Shown here one piece after another: positions 58,404 to 64,000 of a DNA stretch of 64,000 nucleotides. Source of the stretch: Pirellulales bacterium. Its GTDB lineage: Bacteria; Planctomycetota; Planctomycetia; Pirellulales; S012-138. Below the pieces are notes generated by a model. The model was not told the origin of the DNA. It made no database searches and saw only the letters and a list, made by a program, of their open reading frames with translations. Position numbers and translations under genes: made by a program. The stretch covers positions 6,748-70,747 of the forward strand of contig JALCBR010000007.1 of assembly GCA_028066245.1 (NCBI GenBank), in the 5' to 3' direction. How positions within the stretch are numbered: the stretch's first letter is position 1; each line of letters starts with the position of its first letter.

Positions 58404-58751
58404 ATGAAGCTCATCATCGCCACAATCCAGCCAACCAAGGTCGAGGCCGTCCGTTTGGCGCTGCTGCGCGCGGAGGTCAACCGAATGACAGTCTGCGACG
58501 CCCAGGCTTACAAGCACCGAAGCCCTGATGCGGATGTCTACCGGGGGCACGGATTTACGAAAGAGCTGATGCGTCGAGTTGAACTGCACATTGTCGTCAA
58601 TGATGATTTTGTCGATCGCACGCTGCAAGCCATTGCTGAAGTTGCCCGCACCGGTCCAGAGGGAACACTCGGCGATGGCAAAGTCTTTGTTCTGCCCTTG
58701 GTTGACGTGATCGATATCAGCGAAGCGACTCGCGGTCCGGGTGCCGTGTGA
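58404..58751 (+). CDS. PII-family (GlnB-like) signal-transduction protein, divergent
   Basis: 115 aa from the ATG at 58404. MKLIIATIQPTKVEAVRLAL.....NRMTV.DAQ matches the PII beta-alpha-beta start, and the B-loop-like ARTGPEGTLGDGKVFVLP is present. The T-loop region reads YRGHGF where E. coli GlnB has YRGAEY. Confidence 0.75.
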   Translation: MKLIIATIQPTKVEAVRLALLRAEVNRMTVCDAQAYKHRSPDADVYRGHGFTKELMRRVELHIVVNDDFVDRTLQAIAEVARTGPEGTLGDGKVFVLPLVDVIDISEATRGPGAV

Positions 58752-58797
58752 GTCCATTGGTTCTCTTGACCTCATAGATCAGCGAGTCGCAGCGCCG

Positions 58798-59850
58798 ATG
58801 TCGAAAGTACTAGTTACGGGAGCCACGGGGTTCATTGGCGCTCATCTGGCGGAAGTTCTGCGCAACGCCGGTGAACAAATCGTGTGTACACGGCGTTCAT
58901 CATCTAACGTTTCTCGTTTATCTGGATTCGAGATTGAGTTCGTCACGGCCGACATAACCCAGGCAGACTCACTGGCGAGAACGCTCCAGGGCGTTGATGT
59001 GATCTACCATCTCGCCGGACTGGTCAAAGCGTTCCGCAAGGCTGAATTCGATCGCGTCAACATCGAGGGAACACGGAATCTAGTGCGTGCAGCCGCGGCG
59101 TTGGAATCCCCACCAACAGTCGTCATTGTTTCCTCGCTTGCCGCGGCTGGACCTGCGAACGATCGGCCTTTGGTTGAAAGCGATCCAGCGCGCCCGGTTT
59201 CCGTCTATGGCCGCAGCAAATTAGCAGCAGAGTTGGCTGCGCTGGAGTTCGCTAATCAAGTACCGATCTCCATTGTCCGTCCGCCCATCGTCTTCGGTGA
59301 AAGTGACCGTGACGTCTTTGAGATGTTCAAACCGATCGCACAGCATGGGCTGCATGTTGTTGCCGGCTCGGGATCAGGACGATTCTCATTGATTTATGCT
59401 GGTGATCTGGCCACAGCGTTACAACGAGTCGCAGTAAGCGGAGAGCGCGTTCCCTACCCAGAATGCGAGCAGGACACTCCAGATGGGCAGGGCTGGTACT
59501 TTGCTGCCCACCAAGAACATCCGACGTACGCTGAACTAGGAGGGCTGATCGGCCAGGCGCTGGGGGGAAAGAAAGCGCGCGTCCTACGAATGCCGATTGC
59601 CATCGCCTGGCTGGCCGCAGCAGGATCGGAACTCGCTGGGAGAATTCGTCGTAAGCCGCAGATCCTCAACTTTGACAAGATCCGCGAAGCTCGTGCCGGA
59701 GGCTGGTCATGCTCCCCTGACAAGGCCATCAACCAATTGGGTTGGTCACCAGAAGCGACCTTGGCCGAGCGACTCTGCCAGACAGCCGAGTGGTACTACG
59801 ATCAACAATGGCTCAAGCGGCCCACAGATCGCGGACCCGTAACCGGTTGA
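58798..59850 (+). CDS. NAD-dependent epimerase/dehydratase (extended SDR)
   Basis: 350 aa from the ATG at 58798. It has the Rossmann motif VLVTGATGFIGAHL and the catalytic YGRSK (YxxxK). Confidence 0.85.
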   Translation: MSKVLVTGATGFIGAHLAEVLRNAGEQIVCTRRSSSNVSRLSGFEIEFVTADITQADSLARTLQGVDVIYHLAGLVKAFRKAEFDRVNIEGTRNLVRAAAALESPPTVVIVSSLAAAGPANDRPLVESDPARPVSVYGRSKLAAELAALEFANQVPISIVRPPIVFGESDRDVFEMFKPIAQHGLHVVAGSGSGRFSLIYAGDLATALQRVAVSGERVPYPECEQDTPDGQGWYFAAHQEHPTYAELGGLIGQALGGKKARVLRMPIAIAWLAAAGSELAGRIRRKPQILNFDKIREARAGGWSCSPDKAINQLGWSPEATLAERLCQTAEWYYDQQWLKRPTDRGPVTG

Positions 59851-59954
59851 CAAACCAGCAACCTGCATTGAAACACGATTTCTAATGAGAACGCTCAAAT
59901 ACCTGAAAAAGGGTCGCTCGGGAAATGCACCTGAAAACATCCCTGCTCATGGGC

Positions 59955-59978
59955 GCAGGCGTGCGGAAGCACGCCTGC
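59955..59978 (+). terminator. strong hairpin (possible terminator) downstream of the epimerase gene
   Basis: A perfect 10-bp stem GCAGGCGTGC/GCACGCCTGC closes a GGAA tetraloop. No U-tract follows. Confidence 0.35.
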
Positions 59979-60062
59979 TGGCCCTCTTGGCGTTGGTTCG
60001 CTAAGCTGTCGCCAGTTGAACATTCTTAACGCCCACTCAACCCCCGCAGGGATCAATCAAGC

Positions 60063-60419
60063 ATGCCGAAACTGACTGTCGAAAACGTTGGTGAGTTTGA
60101 CGTGCCGCAGGGCAAGCGACTGGTGTTGGCGCTTGCCGATGAGGCAGGTGTAGACCAATTGCACGCCTGCGGAGGCAATTCCAAATGCACAACGTGCCGC
60201 GTCGAGTTCATCGCTGGCGAGCCGAATCAGATCACGCAGGCGGAGAAAGATTTGCTGTCCGCTCGCGAGCTTTCCGGTATTCGACTTAGTTGCCAGGTTT
60301 CTTGTGACCACGACATGAGCGTACGGGCAATCAGTCGCCTGGAAGGGAGCGGTCGCGCAGATGCTGGTGGTCGGCCTGTTGATGTGATCGAGCCCCCGGC
60401 AGTTTGGGTGGACAAGTAG
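60063..60419 (+). CDS. 2Fe-2S ferredoxin (plant/vertebrate-type fold)
   Basis: 118 aa with Cys ligand spacing C-x5-C-x2-C...C (HACGGNSKCTTCRVEF ... RLSCQV). Confidence 0.8.
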   Translation: MPKLTVENVGEFDVPQGKRLVLALADEAGVDQLHACGGNSKCTTCRVEFIAGEPNQITQAEKDLLSARELSGIRLSCQVSCDHDMSVRAISRLEGSGRADAGGRPVDVIEPPAVWVDK

Positions 60420-60438
60420 CTTCGTTTGTTGGCCACGC

Positions 60439-61188
60439 ATGTCTCCAGTTGCACTTGTCACCGGCAGCGGCGCTCCACGGATTGGCAATATTGTCGTCCG
60501 TGATCTGGCTTCACGTGGATATGCGGTTGTTGTGCATGCCAACCGTTCGTTGGACAAAGCACGGCAGACGGTCGAAGAGTTGACCACAGCCGGTCAGGTA
60601 GCCATCGCGCTGGCTGCGGACGTTAGTCAAGAAGGCGAAGTCAAACAACTCTTCGCGCGAACGTTGGCAGAGTTCGGCCGAATTGACGTGCTGGTCAACA
60701 CGTCAGCCATCTGGGAAGGCAAGAAGCTGGAAGAGACAACCGCTGACGACGTCCGCCGGCACTTTGAGATCAATGCCATCGGAACGTTCCTCTGCTGCCA
60801 GCAGGCGGGAATGCAGATGGTCAAACAGGAAGGCGGCGGCGTAATCATCAACGTGGGCGATTGGGCAATCGCGCGCCCATATCCAGACTACGCGGCTTAT
60901 TTTCCATCTAAGGGAGCAATCCCTGCCATGACACGGAGCTTTGCCGTGGAACTGGCCGCCAGGAATCCCCGAATCCGTGTGAATGCGATCTTGCCTGGCC
61001 CCGTGATGCTGCCGGAAAACATGACCGCGGAAGAGCGCGAACGTACGATTAACGCCACACTGTTGCGCCGCGCTGGCCAGCCAGAGAACATGGCCTCCGC
61101 GGTGCGGTTCCTGATCGAAAACGATTTCATCACTGGCGTTTGTCTACCCGTTGACGGTGGACGCTCGGTCGCCGGGGGCGCCGATTGA
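60439..61188 (+). CDS. short-chain dehydrogenase/reductase (pteridine-reductase-like)
   Basis: 249 aa. It has the cofactor-binding motif ALVTGSGAPRIG, NTSA, the catalytic YFPSK (YxxxK), and NAILPG. Confidence 0.85.
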   Translation: MSPVALVTGSGAPRIGNIVVRDLASRGYAVVVHANRSLDKARQTVEELTTAGQVAIALAADVSQEGEVKQLFARTLAEFGRIDVLVNTSAIWEGKKLEETTADDVRRHFEINAIGTFLCCQQAGMQMVKQEGGGVIINVGDWAIARPYPDYAAYFPSKGAIPAMTRSFAVELAARNPRIRVNAILPGPVMLPENMTAEERERTINATLLRRAGQPENMASAVRFLIENDFITGVCLPVDGGRSVAGGAD

Positions 61189-61321
61189 GGCGGTCTTGTT
61201 CGGCGTGGTCAGTTCTAAAACAGCAATGAACTGAGATTCGCTTGCCTGGCTCTTGTTGGGCGCGGTACGTTGATCGGAACGAGGTCGCCACGGACTCAGC
61301 AGAAACAAAGAGGAGATTGGC

Positions 61322-62503
61322 ATGTGTTGTTGCAAAGCGTGGTGGGTTGGTCCCATCTGTGCTCTGATTGCCGTAGCCGGTTTGGCATTCGCCCAGGTTC
61401 AGAGTTCGAGCAGCGCTCAAAAGACGGACAAGAATCAACAGGCTGCGCAGCAAAAACGCGTCCCGGACCTGGACGTGTCTGGCAACCCGTACCTAGCCCC
61501 CAAGACCGCAACCACGGAACAACTGGTCAAGTACCTAGAGAAGATGCGCACCCGCCCGGAAACCATTCGTCGACGCGAAGGCTTTGGCGTCGCCATCGTG
61601 GAAGCGGCTGAACGCGTACTCAATGCGGAACCGGACGACAATCAACGCGTTGTCGCCGCGCTCGCCTTGTTTGATTCCTTGCACGAGCGGGCCGTGCTGG
61701 GCGATGACAACGCAAACAAACGATTGATGAAGTGGGCCGACAAACTACAGGGTGATTCGCAAGCTTCAATTGCTGACCGCTGCCAGCTTCATTTGCTGGA
61801 GCAGCGTCTCGCCACCGCACGCAATCTAGATGCCACAACCGATGAAACTGCCCAACTGTTGGCCGATCTGGAAACGTACTTCACGGCGAATCAGCTCTCC
61901 AGCCTGCACTTACGGTTGGCATCAAAGACCATTGGGCTGATCAACGGCATTGCTGATGTTGATCAACGCGGCGAGCAGTTCGACAAGTTCGGTGAATTGT
62001 TTGGTAAAAGCAAAGATCGGCAAATGCAGCAGTACGCCAAGCAGATCCTGAAAAAACCTGGCGTGGATTCCAGCAAACTGGTTGGCGAAGCTTTTGAGAT
62101 TGAAGGCACCACCCTTGAAGGCTTTCCGCTCGATTGGACGTCATATCGCGGCAAGGTGGTGTTGGTGGACTTCTGGGCCACTTGGTGCGGTCCTTGTGTG
62201 GCGGAAATGCCCAACATCAAGAAAGTCTACCAGAAGTATCATGGCAAAGGCTTTGAAGTGATCGGCATTAGCATGGACCGTGATGTTGACGCGCTGAAGA
62301 CCTTCCTGGCGGAAAACCAGATCCCCTGGACCAACCTGTATGACGAAGGCCACCCAATGGCCGAAAAGTACAGCGTCAACGCCATCCCATTTCCGGTTCT
62401 GGTGGATCAGAAAGGAAAAGTCGTGACCACACAAGCACGCGGGCCAGCCTTGGAGCGGGAATTGGCCAAGCTGCTGGCCGCCAAGCGCGATGTGGGCAAT
62501 TGA
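61322..62503 (+). CDS. TlpA-like thiol-disulfide oxidoreductase with a ~240-aa N-terminal extension
   Basis: 393 aa with a signal peptide. The C-terminal redoxin domain carries the WCGPC active site (VVLVDFWATWCGPCVAEMP..GFEVIGISMD). Confidence 0.8.
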   Translation: MCCCKAWWVGPICALIAVAGLAFAQVQSSSSAQKTDKNQQAAQQKRVPDLDVSGNPYLAPKTATTEQLVKYLEKMRTRPETIRRREGFGVAIVEAAERVLNAEPDDNQRVVAALALFDSLHERAVLGDDNANKRLMKWADKLQGDSQASIADRCQLHLLEQRLATARNLDATTDETAQLLADLETYFTANQLSSLHLRLASKTIGLINGIADVDQRGEQFDKFGELFGKSKDRQMQQYAKQILKKPGVDSSKLVGEAFEIEGTTLEGFPLDWTSYRGKVVLVDFWATWCGPCVAEMPNIKKVYQKYHGKGFEVIGISMDRDVDALKTFLAENQIPWTNLYDEGHPMAEKYSVNAIPFPVLVDQKGKVVTTQARGPALERELAKLLAAKRDVGN

Positions 62504-62520
62504 CGTCGCGCGGCGGCAGC

Positions 62521-62544
62521 GTTTCTGACAGTATCGGCAGAAAC
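62521..62544 (+). terminator. hairpin immediately after the TlpA-like gene
   Basis: A 7-bp stem GTTTCTG/CAGAAAC (62521-62527 and 62538-62544) closes a 10-nt loop. Confidence 0.3.
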
Positions 62545-62580
62545 ACAAGACGAGACGCACTTCATCTTCCAATGAAAGAG

Positions 62581-62614
62581 CAACGCTCCGACGCACAGAT
62601 GCGCCGGAGCGTTG
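62581..62614. terminator. long hairpin between convergent genes (possible bidirectional terminator)
   Basis: A 10-bp outer stem CAACGCTCCG/CGGAGCGTTG encloses a 4-bp inner stem CGCA/TGCG. It lies between the stops at 62503 (plus strand) and 62690 (minus strand). Confidence 0.45.
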
Positions 62615-62689
62615 TCAATCACAGGCAGAACCCGGTATGGGTAGTTCGTTCGTGACATTACTCAATAGTAGGCACGGATTGAACCTTGC

Positions 62690-64000
62690 TTACGCTCCAC
62701 GGCGGCCAAAACGGCCACGACGACTGATCCCTAGTGGTCCAGCGCCCCAAGGACCGGTGATGGCAAAGGTCACACCAGGCGTCTGGATGTTCACAAACAT
62801 CCATTCACCATTGTGGCTATACGTCGCGCCGGCCCATTCGCTTTGCTTTTCATTCCCATCGAACGTAATTCCCGATCCCCGACGGGTGTAGGAACCCAAT
62901 CCGCTCTCGGAAAAATCGATGTTGTTTTCAGCAAACGTGAAAGCCTGGCCATCCAAGGTCAATCCAATCAGGCGCTCCGCGTCGTTGAATCGCCCGCCAG
63001 AGTTGTCCTCACACAGCAATAGTCCATTGCCGCCAGGTGCCACAACAATATTGTCCGGATTTTCCAGAACAGATGCTGCGGGAGAAACATAAATTACTTT
63101 CAGTGTGCCGCACCTTCTACGTCGACGTCTGCGCGAGCGGCCTTCTCCGCCGAAAGGAAACCCGGAAAACCCTCGGGGCGGTGTGTACTCGAAGATGATC
63201 CCTTCACCGCTGCCGGAGTCAGGCGTATCTTCACCACCGTTTGTCGAAACGATGTAGTACTTGCCGTTGCCATACCAGATTCCTTCCAAGCGACGGAACT
63301 GCGCTGCTCCTTTGGCGTAGCCCTGTTCAAAGCAGGAATCTTCGCCGCCTTGCAAGTCGGGATCAGGATTTTCGATGTCGACCCATTCGATCTCGTATTC
63401 CCTCCCGTCACAGGGAACCGTACGGAAATCGAAGTTATCAACGCCCTTGACCTTGGCCATCTGCAGCTTGCCGCCAAATCCTAAAAACCGCGGAAAACGT
63501 GGCGTGAAACAGTAGAAGCCGGAACTGTCTCCAGCGTCCTCCGTCTCGTACACCTGACTGGTTCGCGGATCGACGGCGACTGCTTCATGAGAAAATCGCC
63601 CCATGTCACGCAACGGCTGGGCGTTTGAACCAAAAACACCCACGTCAAAGATGTAGCCGTGCCGCACGGCGCCGTCTTCGCTCGTCCCGGTTGTTTCTTC
63701 GCAAGTCAGCCATGTTCCCCAAGGAGTGGGCCCGCCGGCACAGTTACGAATCGTGCCGGAGAGTGCGGAGAAAGCAGTGACAAATTGCCCGGTCCATGTG
63801 TTGAACAGGACGGTCGTGCAACCACCGGCAGCACTGGGAGAGTATTGAATGGAGCCGCCCGCGAAGGCTGGCCCGTTGCCAGACTCATGGTTGCGAGAAA
63901 GTACAGCATAGGGACCATACTGACCAATCACGGCCATCCCATCGTGCTTATCAGGTGTCGCATTGCCATCCAGCATTGCGTCGCCCGTCCAACCAAAGGA
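62690..64000 (-). CDS. PhoX/DUF839-like beta-propeller protein (putative phosphatase), 5' end outside the window
   Basis: The reading frame stays open to the window edge, beyond the listed Met at 63976. The blocks CAGGPTPWGTWLTCEE, SHEAVAVDP, GFYCF and LLCEDN match the DUF839/PhoX pattern. Confidence 0.7.
   Translation of the reverse strand, partial: SFGWTGDAMLDGNATPDKHDGMAVIGQYGPYAVLSRNHESGNGPAFAGGSIQYSPSAAGGCTTVLFNTWTGQFVTAFSALSGTIRNCAGGPTPWGTWLTCEETTGTSEDGAVRHGYIFDVGVFGSNAQPLRDMGRFSHEAVAVDPRTSQVYETEDAGDSSGFYCFTPRFPRFLGFGGKLQMAKVKGVDNFDFRTVPCDGREYEIEWVDIENPDPDLQGGEDSCFEQGYAKGAAQFRRLEGIWYGNGKYYIVSTNGGEDTPDSGSGEGIIFEYTPPRGFSGFPFGGEGRSRRRRRRRCGTLKVIYVSPAASVLENPDNIVVAPGGNGLLLCEDNSGGRFNDAERLIGLTLDGQAFTFAENNIDFSESGLGSYTRRGSGITFDGNEKQSEWAGATYSHNGEWMFVNIQTPGVTFAITGPWGAGPLGISRRGRFGRRGA

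Overview
This 64-kb window looks like core chromosome of a Planctomycetota (Pirellulales-like) bacterium. That placement is inferred from gene content: DUF1573-type and putative beta-barrel families, scattered flagellar genes, and secreted or lipoprotein-rich hypotheticals. I support about 50 protein-coding genes, 2 tRNAs (an initiator-like Met-CAT and a Cys-GCA), a few promoter and terminator candidates, and one interspersed repeat family present twice. Recognisable housekeeping genes are hppD, kdsA, truB, dnaA, a copA-type ATPase, ppiB, rnr, infC, thrS, a dksA-like gene and htrA. Others are an M16 peptidase pair, three tandem GT4 glycosyltransferases, a PII-like gene, an epimerase, a 2Fe-2S ferredoxin, an SDR, a TlpA-like redoxin and a PhoX/DUF839-like gene cut by the window end. 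I found no CRISPR array, integrase, transposase, reverse transcriptase or recognisable defence or toxin-antitoxin module, so I cannot point to a clear-cut novel system. The observations most worth a second look are these: (1) a ~270-bp repeat bounded by ~40-bp inverted repeats, in two copies, either MITE-like or a structured RNA; (2) tandem paralogous secreted proteins with a strongly conserved C-terminal motif; (3) an orphan dnaA flanked by large ORF-poor spacers and not followed by dnaN; (4) a PII-like signalling gene sitting in a glycosyltransferase/epimerase neighbourhood; (5) a CopA with non-classical N-terminal metal-binding modules next to a YHS/TRASH-like lipoprotein; (6) an orphan fliN-like cluster. 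All family assignments come from motifs read by eye in the translations, and identity percentages are visual estimates. No database search was possible.
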